A model generated the notes under the pieces. It was given only the letters and a program-made list of their open reading frames with translations. It was not told the origin of the DNA and made no database searches. Below, one piece after another: positions 1 to 11,782 of a stretch of 64,000 nt of DNA. Position 1 is the first letter of the stretch. The number at the start of each line of letters is the position of its first letter. Source of the DNA: Amoebophrya sp. A120 (Eukaryota > Protista > Dinoflagellata); assembly GCA_905178155.1 (NCBI GenBank), contig CAJINV010000013.1:486344-550343 (forward strand). The letters are read 5' to 3'. The translations under genes were made by a program, and so were the position numbers.

Positions 1-2892
1 CAGGAGGTTTTTCAAGCGATCGCCAACTTCGATCCCAGCGAGACCAGCCTGAGGAGTAGCGGGACAGGAACTTTTCCTCTGAGCCTCGAGGAAGTGTTTC
101 ATTTTGAAGATCCTGACGGCGGCTCCGGAAAGAGTATCAGCGTCCTTGCAAACACCGGGACCGGACTCGAGATTACCCCTGTGGTGGCTGTTTTTGCGGA
201 CCACACGAACGACGCCGTCGTGGTAGCGCTTCGGGGTACGAGCTCCGCACGGGACGCGCTCGCGGATCTCAACTATGCGTCCAAACCCATACACAAAGAC
301 GCTTTCACGCTGGCGGACCCGTTGAAATGGGAAGAAGACCGCCCCAGTGGGCTTGGCAAAGGAGCACGGGACCCGCCAAACGAGCACCTTATCTACGTCC
401 ACAAAGGCATGCTGCAACGCGCAAAACATGTCAGCGACCGCGTGCTCGAGTCTGTGCAACTGTATCTAAAAAAGAATGAAAAATTCAAGAAGGTGATCCT
501 CGCGGGGCATTCCCTCGGCGCCGGAACAGCGCAGTTTTTGTTTAAAATGTGGGACGACAGGAAGGTTTTTGACCATGACGTGCAGTTGCTGGGCTACGGT
601 TACGCTACTCCTGGCTCGGCCAGCGCGGCACTGAAGCTACCCTTCGACCGATTTGTGACCGTGGTTGCGGGCGATGACATCGTCCCGCGCGTGAACACGC
701 CGGAAAGGATCACCCAGGTGATTGATGACAGTGTAACTACAATCGCGAATCACGAAGTAGACCTCGATGGCAAGGTGCTGTGGCAAGAGATTCAGGCGGC
801 CCAGAGTGCCAGCTTGCAACCCCACAACTGGGTGATCCGGGGGGGCGGGGATGTCGTGTTGTTCCTCCCCGACGACGACAACGCCAAGCGGCTCTGCGCG
901 CCCAGTTCAAAACGTCACGCCGGGTTCTGGCTGCAGGCCGAGGTCGGGTTCAAAGATATCATCTTTTCAAACAGGGCACTCGAGTCCCACGGGGTTGATA
1001 ATTACAAGAAAAAGCTGGAGCGGTTGCGGTCCCAGTTTACGGGGCAGCGGCAGCCGCAACAGCAACGCCCTGCAATGCCCTATCATGATGTTGGTACCGC
1101 AGCACATCCCGACGGACCATCTGGAGCAACTGGTTCTTTGTCGACTTCGGCTCCTTCTGTGCCTGGTCTGTCCGTTTCCGACGCAGATCCCCATGCGCAC
1201 AAGGATTCTACTGGAGTACGCCACTCCGCACCGCCGAGCACGCTGTTTGATGAGCGTCCACCTCCCTCACGGAATGAAGTGGCGGGCTCGATGCCGCCTG
1301 CCGATCGTCCCGCAGCGCAATACGAATCATCTTCGTCACCCTTGTCGCTGCCAGCACGAAACACCCATCGACCTTCCTATCATGGGCAGCAGCTATCCGA
1401 ACCAGTTGCAAGTCAGCCTCGCCTGCACGGCGACGACCCTCCTCGTCGACCATTGCGTGATATCACGAACAACCCGCCTGCAGCCAGTGGACCGGGACGT
1501 CCTGAAGATCTTTCCGGGTGGCCGTCTGCTCTTCATCCTGCTCCCGACGCTACGGGCAAGAATCCGGCTCTCATTGGAGAAGATTATCGAGCACATCCGA
1601 TGTTGGCGTCATCTGCAAGCACAACTGATGCACTAAACGACGCGACTCGTCGTCCTGCTCCAGTGGCTCCTGCAGCTTCCACGGATAGCCCAAAGTATCC
1701 AAATTTCTCGTCGGTACCGCGTCGGAGTTTAGAACCTTCTCGTGCTCCCGGGCTGGTCAATACCCGACGACGGCAGGCGCATCTTACTCATCCCGTTCCT
1801 CCGGCGCCCAAAAGGCCCCCGCATGCGCCCGCAGGACAACAAGGACCGCTAGTAGTACCACGGCGGCCAGGCAGCAAGTTGGCACCCCGGGGGGAAGGGG
1901 GAGGCAGAGCGCTGCAGCAAAGGTTGGGCGCAAGCGCTGCTGGCCGAGATCCCGTTACGCTTTCTAGTGCGGACTCCGCTTTGCGTGGCCAGCATCATGA
2001 GCACCTTTCTGCTGGTCCGGCAGCCACACGGAGCCAACGAGTTCAAGGCCAACACACTATAGGAGGGCGCCCTGGTTCGGCAGCAGCTCGAGGTGCTGCA
2101 AGACGACCATTGGGTGGACGACCACGTCCGGCTTCATCAAAGCCAGCTGCAGCTTGGGGCTCTCATCTCCCCCGTCCACGGCCTGCACATTTTCAAAGTC
2201 ATTCCGGTGTGACTCCTGGTTCGATCTCGATGGATCATCACGCCTCCGGTCGGGCGGCGATGCCGCATGAGCTCCCTGGCCGGGTTTCGCCGCTGAGGCG
2301 GGTCTCTGGCGTTGCCCCGGCATCAAGGTTGGCTACTTCCAGACCTGCGGTGCGTCCTGGTCCTCTGGCCCCGCCTTCTCGTGCCGCAAGTGCAACTACA
2401 GGACCCCGGCCAAAAAGTGCAGCTGCAAGACGGTCCCCGCCACGGTCGTCTGCGACGTCACAAAGCAGTGGAAGACCGGCAACTAGTATCGGCATGCGAG
2501 CCACGCGGGCTGGGGCACCTCCACTCGTCGGTGGCTCCCCCCCACATCAGTTCCTCACAGACGATGGTTACCGAGGTGGCGATAGCCTACTGGAGTCCCG
2601 ATCTTATCCACGAAAAAGAACATCAGGTGGTAGAAGAAAGGCAAATACGGTAAACGCACGTACGGTGCAGCCCTCAGCTCACCGACTTCATTATCCATAC
2701 GAGCGCAGTAAGTATAAGACCAAAAACGTTCGCTCCACAAGGTCTACCTCTCTTCGCAGAAGGAGCAGAAGGAGAAACTCTTCCCCTGCCCTCCCCACTG
2801 AGAAGGGTAACTTCCTGAACAAAAGGTCTATGGACCACGACTATGGTAGCGAAAGAAACAACACCTCCCATTTTTTCTCAAAGCATCCATGA
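1..2892 (+). CDS. Class 3 (fungal-type) lipase / alpha-beta hydrolase with long Pro/Ser/Arg-rich disordered C-terminus; 5' end outside the window
   Basis: ORF 94..2892 is open from the window edge. It has the lipase-3 motifs VVVALRGT, VHKGM, ILAGHSLGAG (nucleophile GxSxG), DDIVPRV and a His near ESHGVDNY. Confidence 0.85.
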   Translation, partial: QEVFQAIANFDPSETSLRSSGTGTFPLSLEEVFHFEDPDGGSGKSISVLANTGTGLEITPVVAVFADHTNDAVVVALRGTSSARDALADLNYASKPIHKDAFTLADPLKWEEDRPSGLGKGARDPPNEHLIYVHKGMLQRAKHVSDRVLESVQLYLKKNEKFKKVILAGHSLGAGTAQFLFKMWDDRKVFDHDVQLLGYGYATPGSASAALKLPFDRFVTVVAGDDIVPRVNTPERITQVIDDSVTTIANHEVDLDGKVLWQEIQAAQSASLQPHNWVIRGGGDVVLFLPDDDNAKRLCAPSSKRHAGFWLQAEVGFKDIIFSNRALESHGVDNYKKKLERLRSQFTGQRQPQQQRPAMPYHDVGTAAHPDGPSGATGSLSTSAPSVPGLSVSDADPHAHKDSTGVRHSAPPSTLFDERPPPSRNEVAGSMPPADRPAAQYESSSSPLSLPARNTHRPSYHGQQLSEPVASQPRLHGDDPPRRPLRDITNNPPAASGPGRPEDLSGWPSALHPAPDATGKNPALIGEDYRAHPMLASSASTTDALNDATRRPAPVAPAASTDSPKYPNFSSVPRRSLEPSRAPGLVNTRRRQAHLTHPVPPAPKRPPHAPAGQQGPLVVPRRPGSKLAPRGEGGGRALQQRLGASAAGRDPVTLSSADSALRGQHHEHLSAGPAATRSQRVQGQHTIGGRPGSAAARGAARRPLGGRPRPASSKPAAAWGSHLPRPRPAHFQSHSGVTPGSISMDHHASGRAAMPHELPGRVSPLRRVSGVAPASRLATSRPAVRPGPLAPPSRAASATTGPRPKSAAARRSPPRSSATSQSSGRPATSIGMRATRAGAPPLVGGSPPHQFLTDDGYRGGDSLLESRSYPRKRTSGGRRKANTVNARTVQPSAHRLHYPYERSKYKTKNVRSTRSTSLRRRSRRRNSSPALPTEKGNFLNKRSMDHDYGSERNNTSHFFSKHP

Positions 2893-4899
2893 AGGTCCAA
2901 GCGTTGTATTCACAGTCTTGACTCAACGGAATAATCGACTGTAGAGTTGTAATATGAACGTAAGTATGTTTTTACTCTCGTGTGCTCTCATCAAGAAACT
3001 GTTGTAAAGTAATTGTGTCCTCGTCGTGCTGAGGGTGCTTCTGCGGGCTTCCGACATATTTTTGCATCACATGTGACTGTCGGGGGAAAGAGACGTCTTC
3101 TCGGTTCGCTTTCCTAGACTGTTTGTTCTCATTCGTTCCGGTCGTAAAATGAACTTAAAAAATGAAGTTGAAGGAAATCCTGCCACGGCCTTTGTGTTTC
3201 GGCAAGAGACGGTGGTCAGCTGTCGTGCCTTCGTAGTCATCTCGTGGGTCTTACAACCGTGAAGTATTGCTGATTCTACAAAGTACTTATCAGTATCTAC
3301 TGATGGCGTAGAAGAGGAGAATCAATGCGAAAATGTAGCAAGATCTACTTCAACTACTCGAATGAATATTTATTGCCAGCGGAAGAGCAGCAGCGTCGAG
3401 CACGAGCTCGAGTTCGACGGCTGTCAACGTTCTTACAATTCGTAGATCGGATAGAAGAAAAAAGCAAAACGTAGTTTTCGACCCGATGGAACAGGCACGC
3501 TGCACTTGAAATGTTCATTCCAAGATGATATTGACTTCTTGACTGCCCCACGATGGACCATCTTCCGATGGATTGGTTCGCTGTTGTTGTCTTCCTGCTC
3601 GGCGCGATTGTTCGGTCAGAGTACTTGAACTTGCCGTGGTCACCACGCGGGCAAACATTGTCGGCTTGGGTGTTCGCATTGGTGGCAGTCAGACCAATTC
3701 TATGGGCGTGTGTGCATTTCGCGCGAAGGCGAGTCCCTGGTGAAATGATCCGAGATCTTACTTATGTAATCGACGTGCTGGCAGGAACGTCCTGCCTAAG
3801 GATCGATTGGAACAAAGATGCAAGAAATAGATCTCCCTCTAGTACCAAACGGAATCCTCGTGCCGGGGAAGAAAAGGAATTTCCGCGGCAGCGTAGGTAG
3901 CGAGGTGGCTTCAAGCTGCTCCTCGATTGTATTTTTTGTTCAAAGCGCCACTGGTCATGAACGTGATAGATTGATAGTTGTAGAGTTGTTTCAGTCGCGT
4001 TATTTGTATTTGTTTCCACCCCACGCACACCAAGCTGTACCTGTAAGCCGTACACGTTATCTGACGAGTTTACGACCTGTTGTGATTAGACACGTCTGGT
4101 TTCCGCATCTTTTTTCTGCAAGAGTTATTTTTGTAGCAGCGGTAGTTGTAGATGTAGATTTTTGCACCGTGTTTTCAAAAGGTGCGCCGCGCAGTTCTTT
4201 CTACCGCTCAAGCTCATCTAGTGGTGCCTGTGTAACAAAGCGGTATCAGTAAAGTGTCATACAGAATCGTAATCCTCTCAAAACAGATGAGTCTGAGTCG
4301 TAAAATGGGACGACTTGGTCCACAATTCTTCTTCGCCCTGACGGCAGCGAAGATCTTTCTCTCGGACTCTCAGACCGTGGCTGCGCGATCCTTTCTTGCT
4401 CCTGCAGGGGAACGAGAAGATGGCGCCGCTGGTGTTGTGGGTTCCACAGGAGGGACGGCCGCACCAAATCGGGGGCCGCGGGAAGAGCACATCAACAAGG
4501 GAACCGAAGCACGTCGCCGCACCAGTGTTTCTCCAACCATCGGCGGTGGACGAGATGTGGTTGGGAACTACGGCCGGCCGACAACATCCCCAATGGGGCC
4601 GTCTGCTTCCTCTATCGAAATGCACAAAAGCTTGTGGCCACCTACCTTTGAATTTCTAACGTCGCATCATTGAACAATAGACATAGAAGAGATAAACAAT
4701 TTGTTCATTTTTGACATTGAGATTGATTCTTGATGAGAGGTTTCCATGGCTAGCGCGTAGAAGATGGCAGCTTGCCATGCACAGTGTGAAAGTGGTAGAA
4801 ATAAAGCTACGAAAACAGACTGTGACCACGTGCGCTACTGTTTTCTACTTGAGAAATTCAAGGTTGAAAACTGCGGGCGATGAGGTGTTGTGCATTTTG

Positions 4900-6837
4900 A
4901 TGACGGCCGCGACAGCGGGAGCCGCCGCCACGCTGTCGCCGCGTTCGTTTATCTGGCGTGCGACGAACAAGAATGAATGCGACGAACATCATGATCCTCG
5001 AGAAGAAGTAGACTCTGCGGAGCGGCAAACGAGCGCCGAAGGACGACCAGGGTCATCTTCAGCTGCAGGCCGGCGCTCCGGAACAAGCGAGCTCTGGTTT
5101 CTGGCCACTCCGGCTTGCAGTGCACAAAACCCCGAAGTGATCCGACACGTGTGCGCGAAGCTGCGGGAAAAAATGCACGCCTGTATCAATAATGGCAAAA
5201 ATCAAAATTTTTCGGCTTGTGCGGATGAAGTAGATGCTGCTTGTACTAGCGACAGCCGTTGTTCCACCAAAAGCAGTGCTGCCTGTACTTCTCTCGACGT
5301 GTACTTGTGGCTGGAACAAAGCCACGTCCTGCCGCACATTCGCAGTCCGAACAACCACCGCCCGGCCACTTCCTGCGAGGTGCTGCTCGCACGGGAACTC
5401 TGTCAGGCGGTGGAGCAGGCCGGGGCGAAGATAAACTCTGACGGAACAACATCAGGCGGGGACCAGACCGAGGACCACGGCGCCGGCTCTCCTTTATTCC
5501 AAGTCAAGCAGCTCCGCAGCTTCGAGGGAAGCAAAGAGTTTTACCGCACCTGCGCGTCCGTTTTCGGCGGCGCCGTGTTTCTCCCGCAGTCTCTGTTGCA
5601 TTTCGCCGTGTTCAAACTAGTAAACATCGGCGGCCCCGACAACCTCGGCGCCGCGCTGCTGTACGGAGTCGCGGTCGGGGCCCTGTTCACAGCGAAGACG
5701 TACCGTGAGTGCTGCAGACAGCAGCTGGTGCCCGGCGGTCCGTCCAGCCGACGAGGTGCACCAGGGCTTATTTCCACGGCAGGATCTCCATCGGCTCCTT
5801 CGACTGCAAATGCAAAAGCAACAACCTCCATCTACGAAGATACGCTCTTCTGCACGCGAGCCTTTTTTGGAACACACCCAGATGAAGACGAAGGGGACCG
5901 CGGGGGAGCCACAAGAACTTTTGCAGCACCTCCTACTGCGAGCACCGACGGAGGTGGTCCTCACAGCGCCGCCAAAATCCTAGGTTCGACCGAACAAGTG
6001 GAACGAGACAGTAATGTTGACCCGATTCTCTGGGAGACCCCGTGCGCGAGGCGCTTGGCGCGGTTAGAGGTCCGCCATAAAGACTGGCTCAAGCAACTGG
6101 ACGACCTTGCCGAGGAGTTGAACCGGAAATGCAGGATCACACGACCAGCTGCTAGTGCTAGTACTCGGGGGTTCAATATTCTCTCGTCCTCTCCAGATGA
6201 TCTGCACTTTCGTCATCTCGAGCATCAGCCCGCCCCAGGAGCTGGGTCCTCTTTACTTGTCGAGAAAAATAAAACGACACAAGATCTTCATGACGGCGCC
6301 GAGGCTACAACTACCTGCTTGAGTAAAAATAGTGCTCATGATCTCTCGAACATGTTGAAACCTGAACACCGTAGTCTTTCGGCCGCGAGTACCGAATTGA
6401 TGTCTCTGTGCGCCACACCGTCCTCTTCCATCACCGGAGGCAGCTCTTGCGGCGGTGCACACAAGCTGCACCAGTTTACAAGTGCAAGTAACTACGCTGG
6501 TGACGATGAGGAACTATTCGGTGGATCGTGTCGCGAGGATTTGGCATCCGCACCTGCAGGAGAGCCTGGCGAGACTACAGTAGTGCAGCACGAGGAGCAA
6601 GGAGAAGAAGAGGCATCTGGAAGTTGTACTACGGCAGCGCTGTTTGAGGGATGCGACCCGAAACTTGTAGCAACTTCTCGACGTGCACGTGCCCCCTCCA
6701 ATGTCGTGCAGCCGGTGCAGCTGGTGATTGCCAGTCGGACGCACGTCAAAAGTTTGCTGAAAGAGCTACAGGACGCAAACAGTGGGTGGGTGGTCGAACC
6801 GGTGTGCATTCCGCTGCCGGAGGAGCAGGGCATATAG
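4900..6837 (+). CDS. Hypothetical protein with two hydrophobic segments
   Basis: Long ORF (4711..6837); first plausible ATG at 4900; coding-like composition. No family recognised. Confidence 0.55.
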   Translation: MTAATAGAAATLSPRSFIWRATNKNECDEHHDPREEVDSAERQTSAEGRPGSSSAAGRRSGTSELWFLATPACSAQNPEVIRHVCAKLREKMHACINNGKNQNFSACADEVDAACTSDSRCSTKSSAACTSLDVYLWLEQSHVLPHIRSPNNHRPATSCEVLLARELCQAVEQAGAKINSDGTTSGGDQTEDHGAGSPLFQVKQLRSFEGSKEFYRTCASVFGGAVFLPQSLLHFAVFKLVNIGGPDNLGAALLYGVAVGALFTAKTYRECCRQQLVPGGPSSRRGAPGLISTAGSPSAPSTANAKATTSIYEDTLFCTRAFFGTHPDEDEGDRGGATRTFAAPPTASTDGGGPHSAAKILGSTEQVERDSNVDPILWETPCARRLARLEVRHKDWLKQLDDLAEELNRKCRITRPAASASTRGFNILSSSPDDLHFRHLEHQPAPGAGSSLLVEKNKTTQDLHDGAEATTTCLSKNSAHDLSNMLKPEHRSLSAASTELMSLCATPSSSITGGSSCGGAHKLHQFTSASNYAGDDEELFGGSCREDLASAPAGEPGETTVVQHEEQGEEEASGSCTTAALFEGCDPKLVATSRRARAPSNVVQPVQLVIASRTHVKSLLKELQDANSGWVVEPVCIPLPEEQGI

Positions 6838-7679
6838 GCGACGAACCTCTGAATTGGTGAAGCGGGCGAAGAACGAGATTTTTTGTTCCAAAGACGATAG
6901 GGCTGGATCTTAAACATGATGAGGAACGAACATGATAGCACTTTAGTCACATTTTTGGTAGATCCTGCTGGTTCATCATGTCCACTTAATCTCGCATGTT
7001 AGAGATACTTGAGTACTATCACCCATCACGGGTATTTTTTCTATCAACAATTTTACTCGCCTCTGGCGCTCAAGACTTCACTTTTGATGTGGTACTGGCA
7101 CGCGAGTGCGCTTGCTTTCGCTTCATTTTTGATTTGCAGTGCTGACACTGCGAACTAACGAGACCTCCAACATCCGAAAATAAAGAACAGATGCAAGAAA
7201 AGGTGTATCGAAAATGATCGCCAGATGATCGAACCTACAGTAGCCAACGACGAAAAACTGTTTGATGTTGCCTCCCGAAATAAAAATGCGCCACAAAATT
7301 TTGCAGTGGAATGGGGAGAATGGGGCGACCCCGGCCTCTTGCGCACTCAGATCGGCAGATCGTAGATCGTAGAGCAGCACGTGCAGCGCAGACTTCTCTG
7401 TATGTAATGTTTAGCGATAAATTCGTCGAAAGTGTCGTGTGCCGAATAATATTCACGGTGAATATGATTGCAGGACTCCAATACAGTCTATGTTCTGATT
7501 TATCATTGGTTTGGCAGCGTGTGGTGTGTGAACGTCGTCCGTATGATTTACATCTATCAGCAGGCAGGTCGCGGCACCGGAAGAAAGGTAAGAGAGTAAG
7601 GTTGTCTGGAGCAGCATGCAACTAGTGGTTGACGAAAAGCAAGTAGCAAGAACATGTTGCACTAGCAAACGAACTAGTT

Positions 7680-9542
7680 TTGTTGTCGATCCAGAATCGA
7701 CGCGCGAGTGAAGAAATGTGGCGGCTTCGAAAAAAGCGGAAAAATAGTGGTTTATTTGCACTTTTTTGGTTTCTGCTTCGCAGCTTTTGCTTACTACACC
7801 TCCAGCACCAAAGTCACCTGGTGTCGCTGCACGTTTTCGCCGCCAACCTTTTCCGCCAGCCTTTTCAAGCCTTTCGGTATTACCACGCGCCGGCAGCTCC
7901 TACTGATGGCGCAACATTGCATCATGCCGACCGCGCACCGCCCAGGGGCCGGACCGCAGCACAAGAGCCGCAGGAGAACTCGTCTGACAGAAGCCAGCAT
8001 GGACCGCAAGGACAGCATCGCTCGCCGCTCCTTCGTCCTCTGCGTGGCCCTGCTGCTCGACGCAGCAGAGAGCGTCAGCACCATCTCAACCCCCATGAGT
8101 CAGATCAACAGCAGCGGCAGTGCTCGGTTTGTCTGGAACCGCACAGCGCGTCGTCCGGCGTCCAGGTCGACCATCAGCCGTACACGTGCCAGCACCAGTT
8201 TTGCCGGAAGTGCTTCGAAGTCGACGACAGTTGTAACGACCCGAATGCCAAAATCTTCAGTCTGAAGAAGTGCCCCCTGTGTCGCGCTTTGCCGAACGGC
8301 ATCTCCGAGGTGTTCGAAAGCACAGTTGCGGCGAGTAGCAGCCTGTTCAATTTTCTCCAGGCTGATGAGCATCGGTGGGTTCCGGCGCAGCAGGGCTGCT
8401 TTAACATTAACGAAGATGATCATGATCCCAATACGTCTACAGACGGACCACGCGGCCAAGGAGCACGAGACCACTTGCGCCGGGCAGCTTTTTTGAAGCA
8501 CAAAGCTTCCGTCTTGCGGTACGTCTTAATGCACCAGACCGAGCGGCTGCCGCAAAATCCGGACGACATCTTCGACGGCGACAATGACCCGGATTTTTTT
8601 CAGAATCGCTGCCGTCGGAAGTTCTGCGATTGCCTGTACTACGAACTCCTGCTCAGGGCTCCAGCAGGGCCGACGTCCAGAAGTAGTACCGCAGACGATC
8701 GAGATAGTAATCTTGGTCATCTGGTAGATGAACAACAACAATTGCATCAAGAACATGACGTTGCCGATGCGGAACAAGAAGTTGGAGCTCCTTCCGCCCC
8801 GTGCAGAGCCTCCTCGATGAGTTCCACCGCCACACCGGTGTCCCTCGCTTCCACCGAGGCGCCGGCGGACGCCCAAGGACTACAGCAGCAAGAGCAACTG
8901 CGGAGGTCCTCCGCTTCATTTGATGTTCACCCCGGTGCAGCTGCAGTTGCAGAGCAGGACCAAGATGTTGACGGCCGGAAGCTGCACAACTTCTTGCGAC
9001 TGTTCAACCACCTGCTTTCCGTAAACGAGAACTTTCCCGTGGAAGAGCCGGTAGTTTTTTTCGACCTCGTCAGTCCCGAGCTCATCACAAAGTGGATTTT
9101 CGAGCAGCGCAGCAGTTCCAGCGTGGATTGGGCGACCGAAATCAAACCCTTTCGGCTCCGAGGAGTAGAGGCAAACGACATCAGCCACGGCGGCGGCGAG
9201 TTCGTGTACGCGTTTATCCACCGGAGTCGCGGTCTGGCGCTGTGGACACCCTCGCGCGCGCTCGCGATCTACACTGTTTTCGACGAAAGCCAAGACCCGA
9301 CCTCGGTAGAAGACGAGGGAGGCACCACGAGAGACGGGGAAGTGGAAGGCTTCGTGTTGTTGGACGACAATTTGTCGCGGATTTTTACGCAGGAACGCCT
9401 GAAGAAATACTGGCGCGAGACCGTGCAGCGAGGACACAATCAGGACGATGGAGGCCGCGTGGTGTGGCGTCGCAACAATAACGGGTCGCACCTTCGTGGG
9501 CAGTATATCGAGAGAAAAAAAAACAACTCTTCCTTGACGTAG
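7680..9542 (+). CDS. RING-finger protein (probable E3 ubiquitin ligase); start uncertain
   Basis: CSVC...CQHQFCRKC...CPLCR matches C3HC4 RING spacing; hydrophobic N-terminal segment. Confidence 0.75.
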   Translation: MLSIQNRRASEEMWRLRKKRKNSGLFALFWFLLRSFCLLHLQHQSHLVSLHVFAANLFRQPFQAFRYYHAPAAPTDGATLHHADRAPPRGRTAAQEPQENSSDRSQHGPQGQHRSPLLRPLRGPAARRSRERQHHLNPHESDQQQRQCSVCLEPHSASSGVQVDHQPYTCQHQFCRKCFEVDDSCNDPNAKIFSLKKCPLCRALPNGISEVFESTVAASSSLFNFLQADEHRWVPAQQGCFNINEDDHDPNTSTDGPRGQGARDHLRRAAFLKHKASVLRYVLMHQTERLPQNPDDIFDGDNDPDFFQNRCRRKFCDCLYYELLLRAPAGPTSRSSTADDRDSNLGHLVDEQQQLHQEHDVADAEQEVGAPSAPCRASSMSSTATPVSLASTEAPADAQGLQQQEQLRRSSASFDVHPGAAAVAEQDQDVDGRKLHNFLRLFNHLLSVNENFPVEEPVVFFDLVSPELITKWIFEQRSSSSVDWATEIKPFRLRGVEANDISHGGGEFVYAFIHRSRGLALWTPSRALAIYTVFDESQDPTSVEDEGGTTRDGEVEGFVLLDDNLSRIFTQERLKKYWRETVQRGHNQDDGGRVVWRRNNNGSHLRGQYIERKKNNSSLT

Positions 9543-9883
9543 ACCTTGAAATCTTGACTGTTGTGAAGAGTCGGAGATCGATGCTATGCATACAACCTGA
9601 TAGATGATTTGTACTGTGTTGAGCTGTGTATAGAGCTCGCTCTTGCGCGCCAAAAAGTTCCATTTGACTTCAAGCAAAGGCATGTATCAGAAGCCCGACA
9701 CTTGTTCTTGCCTTGTCAGAGGTCACGAAAAAAGCACACGCAGCGCTTTTTCACCAAAAATGGGATCAAATCACGGTGAAAAAAAAGCAAGCAGAAAGCG
9801 CAAGCAGACACGGAAACAAAGGAAGTTTTTTTCTCCACTGCTCAATAGCCCACGACCAAGCGCGCCGACGTTTCGACGACGAA

Positions 9884-10816
9884 ATGACTCGGGTGCAGCA
9901 GAATTTTGCTGCAGCTCTTGACGACCCGGAGGAGGATGAGCACCGAAACGAATCCGACTGTAGGTACGTTTTCCGGAAGTGCCGGGAGTGCCCGCTGCTG
10001 GTCTTCCACATCGCGACCGGCGTGGCGCTGGGGATATTCACCGGCCTCTGTCCGGTGGAGGGGACTCTCCCCGACGAATCGCACGAGACGGCGCACTACC
10101 ACTTCTGCGAGAGGTCCCACGCCCGCTGCGTGGTGCTGGGTGCCTGGATTCTGGCGAGCGGCCTCATCGCCTTCAAACCCTGCGTGCAGAACTACTGCTT
10201 CTCGGAGCAGCTCCGCAACTTCGTGCGGAGCGCGAGAACCCGGCTCGGGCTGCGGAACGAAGACTACGGGGTGCCGCTGGTGGATATCGAGGAGCCGCCC
10301 TTCCTGCTGCGCGAAATCGAGGAGCGATATCGCCGGAACCAGGCCCTGGCTCTCAGCATGGACCACAACACTTTGGATTTCGACATGTTGCAGGCCGAGC
10401 GCGCGCTGCGGAACGAACAGTTGTCGCGCCAATACGAGCATCGGCAGGAAGCAGCGCGGTGGAACCGCGGGCTGGAGTTTCAAATGCGGTTGCAGGCCGA
10501 CGCGCTCGCGGGCCGCGGTTTGGCCGCACGGTCCAGTTTCGGGAGGCAGTTGGCGGCCACATTTCGCCGCCAGTACGGGGGAGCGGATGCGGTGGACCAC
10601 GGCGGGAACGCCCTCGCACCTCCACCGTACCCCGATGCGCATGGCAACGGAGGCCCGACCATCGAGATGTACCCCGAGCCGCAGACCAGCCGCACCAATT
10701 CCGGACATTCACAAAGCAGCAGCCCAACGCCCGTGTTGTTGTCGCCGCGCGGTCGGAATGAGTTGTACTCAGGGCCGTTTGCCGAGGAACGGGCAAGGGG
10801 CTGGGGGTATGCATAG
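9884..10816 (+). CDS. Hypothetical membrane protein (2 TM segments, coiled-coil C-terminal part)
   Basis: GC3-rich ORF 9713..10816, ATG at 9884; hydrophobic stretches PLLVFHIATGVALGIFTG and VVLGAWILASGLIAF. Confidence 0.6.
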   Translation: MTRVQQNFAAALDDPEEDEHRNESDCRYVFRKCRECPLLVFHIATGVALGIFTGLCPVEGTLPDESHETAHYHFCERSHARCVVLGAWILASGLIAFKPCVQNYCFSEQLRNFVRSARTRLGLRNEDYGVPLVDIEEPPFLLREIEERYRRNQALALSMDHNTLDFDMLQAERALRNEQLSRQYEHRQEAARWNRGLEFQMRLQADALAGRGLAARSSFGRQLAATFRRQYGGADAVDHGGNALAPPPYPDAHGNGGPTIEMYPEPQTSRTNSGHSQSSSPTPVLLSPRGRNELYSGPFAEERARGWGYA

Positions 10817-11782
10817 AACGAACGCGATCACGACTGCGTTTGATGCGGGCACAGCACCGTTGACAATTGAGACGCAACCCATCGCGCCGCTCGCTTTTGA
10901 AAGAGCGCAAATAACATGAGAATACAACAAATGTACAAAAAAATTTTGGATTTGAAGATAATTTGTCTTTGTCTACATACGACTTACACTATCTATTGAC
11001 TTTTTGCGAAATGGAGAGAATACTTATGGCATTTCTCGTCGGTCTGTATCAGTGATGCTTCTGCTTTTCTGCGTTACAAGATTAAGAGAAAATCCAACTT
11101 CCTGCACTGTCCACAAGTAGTTAATTCTAACGCTTATTCTAATTGCCTCAAATGCAAATCATGTTAGCTTGTTGAGGTCCAGGCTACAGTTTTTCTATCG
11201 CAACTGCAGGGGTGTTGGGAGCGGGCACCAAGCCGCGAGTCATTCCTGTGGCACAGTATCACATTGGATTGGTTGTCGTGGCCATGCTGCACGTTCTGCG
11301 ATTTTCTGGCTGCAAAAAGAGTATTTGAGGAGTAGGTTGACAACTTCCAGTATGTAAGACGTCGTTGTCCTGCAAAATAGACTCGTTATCTATTTTCAGG
11401 TTTGCATGTTGACCACCATGTCATCACGTGTTCTTTACTTTTTTTTCGGTCGCAGAGTGTCGGATTTTCAGTTGCTTTTCCTTACCATTTGAGTAGAAGT
11501 TCCGTGCGACCCGGCTTTCATACGGCATGAGTTACGACGCAAGCATCAACAAAGAACAATCAGAGTGTCTGCTGCAATTGAATGCCTCAATTTTTAGCTG
11601 CGGTGATCTGCCCCACGATTTCTGCGCTAAAAATAAAAGAAAATTTTTACCTGAACGCGAAAACAGCTACACAGCGCGCAGGAGCGAAATGAAAGCCTCC
11701 GAGCTTGGAGGTTGTTCCTTTGTACTACTAAAAGAGACAACATATACAACACAAGTAGTGCAGGTGCGGCAGCTGCAAAAGC

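Noticed and set aside
3354-4673. Short ORFs between the lipase and the next gene
   Set aside because: No motifs or coding-like bias; likely intergenic.
4900-6837. TraB/PrgY-like assignment from the C-terminal LVIASRTHVKSL
   Set aside because: The resemblance is too weak without an HMM search.
9842-10919. Long overlapping alternative-frame and antisense ORFs (also over the CLC, kinase and Hv1 genes)
   Set aside because: Shadow ORFs caused by high GC3 in the real genes.
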